From NCBI GenBank assembly GCA_052139855.1, contig JBKQVS010000045.1, positions 657 to 64,656 on the forward strand: a stretch of DNA of 64,000 nt, read 5' to 3'. Shown here piece by piece: positions 37,204-46,686 of this stretch. The stretch's first letter is position 1. The number at the start of each line of letters is the position of its first letter. The notes below the pieces were generated by a model that saw only the letters and a program-made list of their open reading frames with translations, was not told where the DNA came from and ran no database searches. Source of the DNA: Desulfobaccales bacterium (GTDB lineage Bacteria > Desulfobacterota > Desulfobaccia > Desulfobaccales > 0-14-0-80-60-11). The translations under genes and the position numbers were made by a program.

Positions 37204-37227
37204 ACGCAAAGGCGCAAAGGCGCAAAG
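37204..37227 (+). repeat. Three tandem octamers (ACGCAAAG GCGCAAAG GCGCAAAG)
   Basis: Read directly, starting 7 nt after the stop at 37197. Same octamer family as 10539-10570. Confidence 0.7.
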
Positions 37228-37238
37228 TGGGAGATACC

Positions 37239-37622
37239 ATGGCCAGAATTTTGGGAGAATCACGCCATACCCTGGCGATCCAGGACCCGGTCTCCGGTTC
37301 GGTGGTCACCCTGCACTACCGGGGACCGACCTCGGAGGAGCGGGTGGCCTACCAGCTCGCGGCTTTCCGCCTGGAAGGCGGCGAACGGCGGTTTTGCCTG
37401 GGGGAGACCCGCCTCAAGTTCGGGCTGGAGATCCTCACCGGGTTTGAGGCCGGGGATTTTGTCATGGCGGCGGAGGGCGGACAGACTCCCCTGGACCCGG
37501 CCCAGCATCCGGATTGGAAGGAGCGTCTCGGCATCGAGGCCCCGGATCTGGTGTCGTATCTGGCCCAACAGGTGTTTGAAGGCATGCGGGTGGCTTCCCG
37601 GGGGGAGCCGGAGTGGGACTGA
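37239..37622 (+). CDS. Tail assembly chaperone (G-like)
   Basis: 127 aa from the ATG at 37239, immediately upstream of an overlapping -1-frame ORF and the tape measure. Confidence 0.45.
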   Translation: MARILGESRHTLAIQDPVSGSVVTLHYRGPTSEERVAYQLAAFRLEGGERRFCLGETRLKFGLEILTGFEAGDFVMAAEGGQTPLDPAQHPDWKERLGIEAPDLVSYLAQQVFEGMRVASRGEPEWD

Positions 37623-37951
37623 AGGAGGGGCCCGGGGCAGGACGGCCGGGCTGGCCCCTGGATCGAGAACTGCAGGCGCTGGCCGGCGGACGGCTCTGCG
37701 GCCCGGAGGAACGGCGCCGGTGCCGGGCCGAGAGCGGCGCTTTCGCCGACTGGGCTTGCGGGGCCTGTGGCGAGCGGGTGCGCCCGGAAGCCATCTCCCC
37801 CTGGACCTGGCACCTGGTCTTTCTGTACCAGTTGAGCCGGGCCGGCTATCCCTTCAAGGCCAACGATCTCAGTTTGGAAACCTGGCTCCTCATGGGGACG
37901 GTGCGCCGGGTTTTGGAAGGAACCCAGCGAGGACAATATGGCCACGAGTAG
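37613..37951 (+). CDS. Overlapping -1-frame ORF (possible T-like extension of the chaperone, or an independent small protein)
   Basis: 112 aa, GTG start, with a 10-nt overlap into the chaperone and a 14-nt overlap into the tape measure. Contains CGPEE...CGAC. Confidence 0.35.
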   Translation: MGLKEGPGAGRPGWPLDRELQALAGGRLCGPEERRRCRAESGAFADWACGACGERVRPEAISPWTWHLVFLYQLSRAGYPFKANDLSLETWLLMGTVRRVLEGTQRGQYGHE

Positions 37952-38699
37952 AGTGAAAAGCAGCACAAATCAGAAAAAACTGGAGGATTATCGCGCCTAC
38001 CAGGAAGAGCTGCTCCAGATTAGCCGGGAATACAGCCAGGCCCGCCTGGCGGTATGGACGGACGAGACCCGGGCCCTCCACGACACCTGGAGCAGCTTCG
38101 CCCAGGAGTGGCAAGCCGATCTGGAGCAGATGACGGCCCTGGCCGGTAGTGATTTCGAGGGGATGGCGGCCCGGGGCGAGGCCGCGGCCGGGGTCCTGGC
38201 CCAGAGCTGGCAGAAGAACCTGTCGGACGTTTCCGGGGCGGTTTCCCAGTGGGGCGCCAACTTCCTGCAGACCCTGGGGCAGGTGGCTTCGGCCTGGGCG
38301 GGCGCCTTGGGGAGCGGCAGCAGTTCCCAAGGCTGGTCCTCGCTGTTGGGCGGGGTCCTGGATATCGGCGGCGTCTTTCACCAGGGGGGGATTGTGGAGG
38401 CTCACCAGGGGATGGTGATTTCTCCGGGGACCTTGATGGGGGACGAACAGCTGATTATGGCCCAGGCCGGCGAGGGGGTCCTGCCCCGGGAGAGCATGGC
38501 CCGTTTGGGGGAGAAAAACTTCGAGGCCCTGAGAACCGGCCGGTTCGAGGCCTCCGGCGGCAAGGCCGCGCCCCGCTATGACGTGACCATCCAGGTCCAG
38601 ACTTTGGATGCCTCCGGGGTGGCGGGCCTGGACTGGGACCGGCTGGTGCAGCGGCACCTGGTGCCGGCTCTCAGACAAGAAGCGGACCGGCGCTGGTAA
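37938..38699 (+). CDS. Tape measure protein (unusually short)
   Basis: 253 aa, a helical Ala/Gln/Trp-rich N-terminal half, and position after the chaperone pair. Confidence 0.55.
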   Translation: MATSRVKSSTNQKKLEDYRAYQEELLQISREYSQARLAVWTDETRALHDTWSSFAQEWQADLEQMTALAGSDFEGMAARGEAAAGVLAQSWQKNLSDVSGAVSQWGANFLQTLGQVASAWAGALGSGSSSQGWSSLLGGVLDIGGVFHQGGIVEAHQGMVISPGTLMGDEQLIMAQAGEGVLPRESMARLGEKNFEALRTGRFEASGGKAAPRYDVTIQVQTLDASGVAGLDWDRLVQRHLVPALRQEADRRW

Positions 38700-38708
38700 G
38701 GAGGGGAG

Positions 38709-39074
38709 ATGGCAAACGCCCGGTTGGAATGGACCCCCCCGGGGGGCAGCGGCCAGAGCTACACCTTGCCGGTCAACTTCACCTGGGATTATCAGGAACT
38801 GGCCCAGGATGAGACCGACCGGGAGCGGGCCGCGGACGGCACCTTGAGGAGTTATCTGAGGCGGCTGAAGCAGCGATGGGAGTTGCGGTTCCAGTTCATT
38901 TCCACGGTTCAGAAAGATGTCCTGGCGGGCATCAAGCAGGCCCAGGCGGATATTGATTTTTTCCGGGACGGGACCGGGGTCAAGACCTTCACCGGGGTGT
39001 GGACCAATGACCTGGATTTCCGGGAGGTGGCTCCCGGGTTATGGTCCGGGAGCATGATGCTGGAAGAAGTGTAG
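38709..39074 (+). CDS. Minor tail protein
   Basis: 121-aa ORF directly after the tape measure. Confidence 0.35.
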   Translation: MANARLEWTPPGGSGQSYTLPVNFTWDYQELAQDETDRERAADGTLRSYLRRLKQRWELRFQFISTVQKDVLAGIKQAQADIDFFRDGTGVKTFTGVWTNDLDFREVAPGLWSGSMMLEEV

Positions 39075-39080
39075 GGTTGA

Positions 39081-39101
39081 GTGAGCAGTGAGCGGTGAGT
39101 A
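39081..39101 (+). repeat. Three tandem heptamers GTGAGCA GTGAGCG GTGAGTA
   Basis: Same heptamer family as 26178-26226, starting 7 nt after the stop at 39074. Confidence 0.7.
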
Positions 39102-39135
39102 ATTATTAAGTTTGTCTATCGAATAGAGAGAAACC

Positions 39136-40812
39136 ATGCGGCAAGCCGGAGCGGATTATCTGCGGGAAGAAGGGCGGTGCCGGGGGGCCAGGCCCCGGGT
39201 GAAGGCGGTGCTCTTCCCCTATGAGCTGGATTACGGGCTGGCCCCGGGCTCCGGAGAGTTTATCCGGACCGCTTATGGCGGCGAACCGGGGAAACTGGCG
39301 ATGGGTGACGGCTATCTGACGTCCGGTGCCTGGACCTCCCCGGTGGTGCAAACATTTTCACCTTACCTGGACGAGGCGGCGGCAGCCTGGGAGGAGCCGG
39401 CAGGACACATGGACGTGGAGATCCGGCTCCGCACCGGGGAGACGCCGGCCGGGGTGGCCCAGGCGGCTTACGCGCTGCTTACGTCGGGGCAGGACGTTTC
39501 CCTGGGCCCGTACTTCCAGGTGAAAGTTGACTTCAGCGAAACCATCCGGGCCTGGGGGATAGATGATCCCGGAGAGGCGGATGGGTTTGCGGCCTATGCC
39601 GCGGACCAGAGCCCGGACGGCGGTTTTGAGAGTTACGCCTCGGACGGGCCAGGGTGTCTGACCGCTTTCAGCCTGGCCGGGCGGCTCACCCTGCCGGAGC
39701 GGGAAATCATTGATGCGGGCGGGGTGCGGGTGGAGTTGGCCCGGGATTTCAGCGAACTCAGGACCGGCGACCACGTCCTGGTCCTGGACAACCGGCTGGG
39801 GCAATGGCTGAACCGGGCCGAAAACGCCTATCTTCAGGATCCGGACTGGACCCGGAAGCAACTGGCGCTGTGGCACGGCTGGGAGCTGCCCAACGGCACG
39901 GTGGCCTGGCAGTTGCTTTACCAGGGAGTGGTGCAGCGCCTGGCGGGGATGGCCCACGGCTGGCGCCAGCAGCATCGGGTCCGCCTGGAAAGCCAGGATG
40001 GGGTAGCGGCGGGGCTCAAGCAGAAGATCGGCGCGCCGGCCGACACGGGGGAGCGGCGGCCGTTTATGCGGGGCACCTACCTGGCCCGGGGAGAGCTGAT
40101 CCGGGTGGTGGAGGCCAGTCTTGGCGAGATCACCCGGACCGGCAGTGGCAGCGCCGGCCTGGACCTCCTGGGGACCTACCGGGGGGACTATCGCAAGGAT
40201 TATCTCCTGGAAGCGGAGACCAGCGGCGAGGTGGGGAGCGCCACCTTCCGCTGGTCCCTGGATCAGGGCCAGAGCTGGCAGAAGGCGGGGCTGGCGGCGG
40301 TCGGGGCGGATAAGCCGGTGGGTTTGGATGAGGGCCTGTCGGTCTCCTGGGAACCGGGGCTGGGGCCGGACCTAGTGGCGGGGGACCGCTGGAGCTTTAC
40401 GGCGTTTCCCCCGATCTACCACTACCAGGTCTTTGGGGCTCCTTTTGAGGCCATCACCGCGGTCTATCTCGCCGGGGAAGAAGACGACGACCGGGTGACC
40501 AAGGACGCCTCCACCGGCCTGATTCAGGTCAGCGGCAAGAACACCTCGGTTTCGGCCCGGGTGGTCAAGGACCACACCACCCACCCGGTGGACATGGTGG
40601 CCGACATTTTAGCGGAAGTGGGCCTGGCGGCGGCCATCCACCAGGATTCCTTTGCCCTGGCCAAGAGCCTCACCCCGGAGTACGCCATCGGGGCGAGTTT
40701 TGAGAATCTCACCGCAGCCCAGGCCATTCGGGAGATCGTCCGGCGCTGCCTCTTTGATCTCTGGATCGATTTTGGGGAGATAAAGATCAGGGCGTATTTG
40801 GGGGAGGATTGA
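39136..40812 (+). CDS. Tail tip/hub-like protein
   Basis: 558 aa. It shares a ~90-aa domain (TSGEVGSATFRWSLDQGQSW...DLVAGDRW) with the next large protein. Confidence 0.4.
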   Translation: MRQAGADYLREEGRCRGARPRVKAVLFPYELDYGLAPGSGEFIRTAYGGEPGKLAMGDGYLTSGAWTSPVVQTFSPYLDEAAAAWEEPAGHMDVEIRLRTGETPAGVAQAAYALLTSGQDVSLGPYFQVKVDFSETIRAWGIDDPGEADGFAAYAADQSPDGGFESYASDGPGCLTAFSLAGRLTLPEREIIDAGGVRVELARDFSELRTGDHVLVLDNRLGQWLNRAENAYLQDPDWTRKQLALWHGWELPNGTVAWQLLYQGVVQRLAGMAHGWRQQHRVRLESQDGVAAGLKQKIGAPADTGERRPFMRGTYLARGELIRVVEASLGEITRTGSGSAGLDLLGTYRGDYRKDYLLEAETSGEVGSATFRWSLDQGQSWQKAGLAAVGADKPVGLDEGLSVSWEPGLGPDLVAGDRWSFTAFPPIYHYQVFGAPFEAITAVYLAGEEDDDRVTKDASTGLIQVSGKNTSVSARVVKDHTTHPVDMVADILAEVGLAAAIHQDSFALAKSLTPEYAIGASFENLTAAQAIREIVRRCLFDLWIDFGEIKIRAYLGED

Positions 40813-40822
40813 GGGGGCGTGC

Positions 40823-40843
40823 GGGCGGGTTTTAAACCCGCCC
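40823..40843. repeat. Palindromic REP-like hairpin GGGCGGGTTT-T-AAACCCGCCC
   Basis: 10-bp perfect arms read directly. Confidence 0.6.
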
Positions 40844-40938
40844 CTACATCGGCTCTATCCATAAAAGCTGGTTTAATGCGCCCATTCATAGAGCGATTGC
40901 CAAAAGTTTTTCCGTTATGGCACATGCTCCAAGAAGCT

Positions 40939-41016
40939 AAATCCCCCCTACCCCCCTTTTTCAAAGGGGGGAACTGAGCGGAACTCCTTCGGAAGTCCCC
41001 CTGTGAAAAAGGGGGA
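40939..41016. repeat. REP-like element (30-nt core identical to 19539-19568) plus a second C/G hairpin
   Basis: AAATCCCCCCTACCCCCCTTTTTCAAAGGG, followed by CCCCCT-GTGAAAA-AGGGGG. Confidence 0.7.
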
Positions 41017-41108
41017 TTCAGGAGGATTTAAGAATCAACAATGGGAAGGAATTGTTGGAAAGCGCCATAAATGCTGAACCATAGCCTTTTTGCCTAAAAG
41101 GAATCACC

Positions 41109-44100
41109 ATGGGACGGATTCAATGGACCCGGGCCGCACAGTTTAATTGGGTCTTCGACAATATGGGCGGGACCCCGCTCCAGGAGGCGGCGGCGGGCAA
41201 CTGGCATCAGGCCGTGGCCACGGTGGCGGAGGATGGCGGCGTGGCGATCACCGCCCCTAACCCCGGGGGCGGCCAAGTCTGCTGGGTGCGGGGGGTATGG
41301 CCGGCGGACACCACGTTCCCCTGGGAAGGTTTTTGGGCCGAGCCCATGGCCGGGGACCTCACCAACTATTACCCGGGGGGGGCCTTTGCCAATGAGGCGG
41401 ACCGGACCAGCATCACCCTGGGGACGGCGCTGCCGGCCGGGACCGCGGTGCAGCTCTACTATATTTACTACACCGGGGAGCAGGCTCTCAAGTATGAGCC
41501 GCTGAACAACTATCCCTGTATCCGCCGGGCCTACCGGGCCCGGGACGATTACACTTATGATTTTGCGGTGGACCGGATGCTGGACCTGATAGCCTTGCTG
41601 CACCTGGCAGGGCGGGAGCGGGGCCGGGACTATGGCCCGCTGATCCGTTTCCTCTGGGATGCCTTTATTAAGCGGGAGGAGTCTTGTACGCCGCCCCTGA
41701 TGCACGACGACTTTGAGCGCCAGCAGTGGGACCGGGGGGCGCACCTGCTCTATCGCGACGCCACGGGTGGGGAGACGGCTTTTCAGATTTTCCAGAGCGA
41801 GGCGGCCGCGGATATGGGCGGCCGGGCGCTCCACGTCAAGGCGGCGCTGGCCACCACCAGGGATGCGGCCTGGTTCGGCTACGGGCTGGACTGGTCCCTG
41901 GCCGCCGCCCCCTTTAAGTCCATGGACCGTCTCACCTTCATCTTGCAGGGGGTGGGCGGCACCAGCCACCTGCACAATCTCACCAAGATCGGCAGCGGCA
42001 GCGCCACCCTGGTGCTCCTGGGGGACTATGCCCAGCAGGAGAAGCGGCGGTTTGTGGTGGAGATGGAGACCACGGGGGAGGTGGGCGCGGCCACCTTCCG
42101 GTGGTCCAAAGACGGCGGGCTCACCTGGGTGACCGGGGGTCTGGTGAGCGGGGACCGGCAGCACCCGGTGACCCTGGAAGACGACCTGGCCGTGGCCTGG
42201 GAGGGGGGGGACGGCACCGACCTGGTGGCGGGGGATTTCTGGATGTTTTGGGGCGGCGAGCCGGCCATCCACCCCCGGCGCCTCCTGGTGACCCTGAACG
42301 ACTCCAGCCAGGAGGATGCGGACCCCTGGGGGACCGAACACACATACGTCCACGCCATTCCGGACCGCTTTACCGGGGCCACCGCCTTTGAGGTGCCGTT
42401 TAGCCAGTTCTGGCGCCGGGACAATATCATTGATGACGGCGACCGGGTTCAGGCCATGTGGGGCAGCTGGTACTCCGCCAGCCAGCCGGGCGACATCGAC
42501 ATCACCATCGGCACCCGGGAAGAGACCGAAATTCTCCTGGGAGAGACCTTTTATACCCAGCGGCAGATTACCTGGGACCTGTCCCCTTATGCCACCGCGT
42601 TCGGGGTGTGGGCCGGAATTGATACTTCGAACTGCAACTCCGCCGGGCATGCCACCGTCAACTTTCTCATCAAGCCGGTGGTGAGCGGCCTCAGCTCCCT
42701 CACCCTCCGGATCAAGGTGAAAGACGCCCAGGGCAGCTATTTCACCCGGGATGAGACGGTCCAGGTCAACACCTGGCAGCGGGTGAGCGTTACCCTGGGG
42801 GAGATGACGCTGGAATCGGGGACGTCCCCCCTCACCCATCCCCTGCAGGTGGTGGATGTGGGGTGCCCGAGTTCTCCTCCCAGCAACGGCACGTTTTATC
42901 TGACCGACCTCAAGTTCGATGAGCACGTGACCTTTGCCGCGGCCGACCGCCTCCGGGTGTTGGAATTCAAGATGGAGCAGCAGGGCCTGGTGGAGCACGA
43001 GTGGTGGCTGGACGATGTGGCGCTGAACCTGAACGCCTCGGACCCCTACCCGTCGGCGCCGCGGCTGGCCATTTCCCTGACCCCTTACGGCCAGAACCCC
43101 TGGCGGGGTCCCACCCCGGTGCATTACGCGCACCCCCTGGCGCCTTACCTGGTGGGGGCCCTGGACCTCAGCCAGACCTATCTCACGCTGCACCGGGACG
43201 CCCAGGAGGAATTTACCCGGCGTTACGGCGGGGCGCCGGGCCCCATCATCCCGGTCCATACCCGCAATGACGTGGAGAATATCGCCTTGTGCGGCGAGGA
43301 GGATTTTCTCCGGTTCTCCTGGTGGCGGCGGTACCGGGATTTCGGCATGGTGGCGGGATTCTGGCATTTTAACGGGGGGCTCACCGATGCCTCCGGGAAA
43401 GACCATAGCCTCACCTGGCAGGGGGGCGGCGTGCCGGGCTATGCCGAGGGTGTTTGCCAGCCGGGGGCCACCGCGGTGGACCTGGACGGCAGCCACTATC
43501 TATCTCTATACGAGGCCGATCTGAATCTGGGGACGGAGGATTTTACCCTCGAGATGGTCCTCAAACCCGGGGCCCTGGCCGACGGGGTGCGGCTGATCAG
43601 CAAGGTGGACCCGGGGGGGACGGGCTTTGAGGTGTGTCTGGTTCCCGGGGGGGCAGTGGCGGTGGTCCTGGCGGACGCCAGCGGCGCTTCCACCCTTGCC
43701 CCCAGCCCCGGGCTCAGCCTGGATACCGCGGCGTACCACTATTTGGCCGTGGCCGGCGACCGGGACGGACAAGTCACCTTCTGCGTGGACGGGAGCCTGG
43801 GAACGTGTGCGGCGGCCCGGCCCGGCAGTCTGGACAACGATCAGGCGTTTACGGTGGGGCGCCGGTCCGGGTCGGGGGCGGATTTTTTCCAGGGGCGGAT
43901 CGACCTGATCCGGGTGCACCGGGGCCGGGCGTTGAGCGGGACCGAACTTAAGGACACCTGGGGGATCATCCAGGGGCAGGAGAACGGCTCGGCCTATCCG
44001 GAAGTGGGCAGCGGCCTGGGCCAATACTGGGCCTTCCTGCGCCTGGCGGAATTTTTTTTCCTGAGCAATGACGCCGGCGCGGAAGCCATTTTGCTCAACT

Positions 44101-45260
44101 GGCTCGCCTGGATCGACGGCGCCGGCGCGGCCGACGGCCCCGGCTGGAAGGTCCCGAGCCAATTCTCGGAGTTCGGTTTCACCTACGGGAGCTACGATCC
44201 GGGGCAGACTGCGGCCATCGCCCTGGGCTGTCTCTTCATCCACCTCAGGAACGGCCATGAGGTGGCGGCCACCTGGGCCCGGCGGCTCCTGGACGATCTG
44301 AGGGAAAACCGCCTGGACCCGGCCTTCGGCGGTTACCAGAGCGACTACCATTACGCCTGGCTGAACGGCCTGGTGCTCAGGGCCTTTGGCCTGGCGGTTA
44401 ACGGCGCGGCCGGCCAGGCGTTCGTCTTTCCGGCCGGTCCTGATGACCGGGACCATTTCGACGCCCTGATGGCCTGGGTGTTCGCTCATGCCGGGGACGG
44501 GAAGCCCAACGTCCTCAACGCCGATTGGATGCCGTTTGCCTACAGCGAGGCCGCGGATGTCTGGGAATACGTGCCGAACTATCTCATCATGAGTCAGCTG
44601 GGGACCCTGGAGGCGGTGGCGGCCATGCTGGGTGCGGCCCTGGAGTATGGCAAGGCAACGGCGGAGTGGACCTGGTGGCAGCGGCTGCTGGACTTTGTCC
44701 TGTTGGATAACCTGGTGGGGTTGTCCCCGGCCCAGATCTGCTCGCTCACCCTGAGCTATGAGCAGACCGGCCCCAAGAACCTGGTGCGGGTGCTCTACGC
44801 CGACTACGACCAGGACAACGATAAGTATGCCGAGGCCCGGGCGGAGGCGGCCATCAGCACCTGGGGGGAGGCGGCCCTGGACCTGGATTGCCGTTACGGC
44901 TCCCCCGTGGTTCTGGAAGACCCGGGGGTGGCCCAGCTCCTGGCTTCCCGGCTGCTGGCGCGGCTGGCGGCGCCCCGGGAACTGGCGGAAGTTTCGACCT
45001 GGCTGGAAGGGGTGCGCCTGGAACTGGGCGACACGGTGGCGCTTTCTTCGGACTTTCACGGGTTGGACCAGGAAGAATTTACCGTGAGCGGCAAGGACCT
45101 GGACCTGGGGGGGCGCTCGGTCAGCCTGAGTCTGGACCGGCCTCTGAACACCTCCTGGTCCTGGGCCGTGGACGCCCCGGGGAGCGCAAATGACGGCTGG
45201 GCCATCGAGGTGGCCAGTTCCTATGATGTCAACTGGGCCTTTCGGGCTGAGGCCGGATAA
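41109..45260 (+). CDS. Large tail-tip/host-specificity protein with a LamG/ConA-like lectin domain
   Basis: 1383 aa. It contains the TTGEVGAATFRWSKDGGLTW domain, a central laminin-G-like block (FWHFNG...DFTLEMVLKP...YHYLAVAGDRDGQVTFCVDG...FFQGRIDLIRVHRGRAL) and a C-terminal gpJ-like tail. Confidence 0.6.
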   Translation: MGRIQWTRAAQFNWVFDNMGGTPLQEAAAGNWHQAVATVAEDGGVAITAPNPGGGQVCWVRGVWPADTTFPWEGFWAEPMAGDLTNYYPGGAFANEADRTSITLGTALPAGTAVQLYYIYYTGEQALKYEPLNNYPCIRRAYRARDDYTYDFAVDRMLDLIALLHLAGRERGRDYGPLIRFLWDAFIKREESCTPPLMHDDFERQQWDRGAHLLYRDATGGETAFQIFQSEAAADMGGRALHVKAALATTRDAAWFGYGLDWSLAAAPFKSMDRLTFILQGVGGTSHLHNLTKIGSGSATLVLLGDYAQQEKRRFVVEMETTGEVGAATFRWSKDGGLTWVTGGLVSGDRQHPVTLEDDLAVAWEGGDGTDLVAGDFWMFWGGEPAIHPRRLLVTLNDSSQEDADPWGTEHTYVHAIPDRFTGATAFEVPFSQFWRRDNIIDDGDRVQAMWGSWYSASQPGDIDITIGTREETEILLGETFYTQRQITWDLSPYATAFGVWAGIDTSNCNSAGHATVNFLIKPVVSGLSSLTLRIKVKDAQGSYFTRDETVQVNTWQRVSVTLGEMTLESGTSPLTHPLQVVDVGCPSSPPSNGTFYLTDLKFDEHVTFAAADRLRVLEFKMEQQGLVEHEWWLDDVALNLNASDPYPSAPRLAISLTPYGQNPWRGPTPVHYAHPLAPYLVGALDLSQTYLTLHRDAQEEFTRRYGGAPGPIIPVHTRNDVENIALCGEEDFLRFSWWRRYRDFGMVAGFWHFNGGLTDASGKDHSLTWQGGGVPGYAEGVCQPGATAVDLDGSHYLSLYEADLNLGTEDFTLEMVLKPGALADGVRLISKVDPGGTGFEVCLVPGGAVAVVLADASGASTLAPSPGLSLDTAAYHYLAVAGDRDGQVTFCVDGSLGTCAAARPGSLDNDQAFTVGRRSGSGADFFQGRIDLIRVHRGRALSGTELKDTWGIIQGQENGSAYPEVGSGLGQYWAFLRLAEFFFLSNDAGAEAILLNWLAWIDGAGAADGPGWKVPSQFSEFGFTYGSYDPGQTAAIALGCLFIHLRNGHEVAATWARRLLDDLRENRLDPAFGGYQSDYHYAWLNGLVLRAFGLAVNGAAGQAFVFPAGPDDRDHFDALMAWVFAHAGDGKPNVLNADWMPFAYSEAADVWEYVPNYLIMSQLGTLEAVAAMLGAALEYGKATAEWTWWQRLLDFVLLDNLVGLSPAQICSLTLSYEQTGPKNLVRVLYADYDQDNDKYAEARAEAAISTWGEAALDLDCRYGSPVVLEDPGVAQLLASRLLARLAAPRELAEVSTWLEGVRLELGDTVALSSDFHGLDQEEFTVSGKDLDLGGRSVSLSLDRPLNTSWSWAVDAPGSANDGWAIEVASSYDVNWAFRAEAG

Positions 45261-45321
45261 TTTCGGGGAGAGCCAGCGCCGTTCCCCGCCATATTTCAAA
45301 CAGGCAAAGCGAGGTTAATCC

Positions 45322-46377
45322 ATGTCTCTGATAGACCTTCCCCAGACGAAATGGGGCAGCGGCACCGGCCGCCAGGTGATTTTGAAAGGCGATTTCGCCA
45401 AGATCGAGGAGGCGGTGACGGAGGCCTTCGAAGTCACCCGGGGTCCCGGGCTGGAATACGTGGACAGCGCCACCCTGCGGGTCAACGCCACGGCCGATTG
45501 TAAGGCCCGGGCGATGCTGTGCGGTTTTCCCTCCCCCCTGGCCCGGGGCCACTGGGTGGACGGGGGCCTGAGCGACGGCCGCTACCGGGAAAACGCCGCG
45601 CCGGTGAGCCTCAATCTGGCCACCGCCGGTCATCTCTGGGGCACCGAGAAGTCCGACCAGTGGTATGCGGTCTATGCCCTGGCGGGAGCCAACGACGCCA
45701 TCTTCTCCCTGAAAGCCATGCCGGTCATCCGGGTGGCTTCCCAGGACAGCCAGGTGATTACCCTGAGGAACAACGCCAATGGGGCCAACATCGGGTATGG
45801 CTTTACCGCCAACGAACTGGCGGGGGCCGGCCTCCTGATCCTCAGCGGGGCTTCCCGGGGGCTGCTCCGGGCAATCACCGCCAACAATAACGACAACGCC
45901 ACCGGGGGCACCATCACCTATAGCGGCGCGGCCCTGAGCCTGGCCCAAGGGGATTGGGGCGTGGTCCTGCCCAGCACCAACTTCCGGTACCTGGGCATGG
46001 GGTTTAACGATACCTCCGGCAACCTGGCGCCCTTTTACCAGGAGGCCGGCCGCACCACTTACCGCAGCCCCCGGCAGTTGTGCAGCGGGGCCATTAACGG
46101 CTACACCCTGATGGACCTGGGTCTGATGGCCCCGCCCACGGCGTCCGGGCTGACGGGGTATGCCGCGGCTGCGGCGGGCTACGACGTGAAGCTGGCCGTG
46201 TCATACGACGGCAGCACCCCGGCCCTGGTGGTGCACGGCAGCCCGCCGTCGGGCGACTTCCAGGGAGCGCGGGGGGCCATCCCCTTTGCCTGCCAGGTGT
46301 TGGACGGCGGCCGGGTCTATCTGAACAACGACAACACCGCCAATCAGGCGGTCAAGGTCACGGGTTGGAGGGAATAA
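45322..46377 (+). CDS. Tail fibre/receptor-binding-like protein
   Basis: 351-aa Gly/Ala/Asn-rich beta-type sequence after the host-specificity gene. Confidence 0.4.
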   Translation: MSLIDLPQTKWGSGTGRQVILKGDFAKIEEAVTEAFEVTRGPGLEYVDSATLRVNATADCKARAMLCGFPSPLARGHWVDGGLSDGRYRENAAPVSLNLATAGHLWGTEKSDQWYAVYALAGANDAIFSLKAMPVIRVASQDSQVITLRNNANGANIGYGFTANELAGAGLLILSGASRGLLRAITANNNDNATGGTITYSGAALSLAQGDWGVVLPSTNFRYLGMGFNDTSGNLAPFYQEAGRTTYRSPRQLCSGAINGYTLMDLGLMAPPTASGLTGYAAAAAGYDVKLAVSYDGSTPALVVHGSPPSGDFQGARGAIPFACQVLDGGRVYLNNDNTANQAVKVTGWRE

Positions 46378-46637
46378 TGACCCTGGATGGCAAAAAAACC
46401 TATATCACCGCGGTAGCGGCGGCCTTGGCCAGTTTTGCCCTGGCCATGGGGTGGCTGACCAAAGAACAGTACCAGGTGGTCCTGGGCCTGTTGGGGTCCC
46501 TGGGGCTGGCGGCGCTGCGGTCCGGGGTGGCCAGGGGCGCCACGGATAAGGCCGCGGCCGGCGAACCGGACGAGGCGGGGGCCGGGCCCGGAGGGTCCCA
46601 GTCCGCGGCCGGGTGCGGCGCCGGCGGTAACGGCTAG
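46377..46637 (+). CDS. Holin-like membrane protein
   Basis: 86 aa from an ATG that overlaps the upstream stop (TAATG), with GGAGGG upstream, two hydrophobic helices and a charged Ala/Gly tail. Confidence 0.45.
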   Translation: MTLDGKKTYITAVAAALASFALAMGWLTKEQYQVVLGLLGSLGLAALRSGVARGATDKAAAGEPDEAGAGPGGSQSAAGCGAGGNG

Positions 46638-46686
46638 GGGATGAGGGGTGCGGGGGACCGCCGCCTCAGAGGATTCTTGAAAAACT

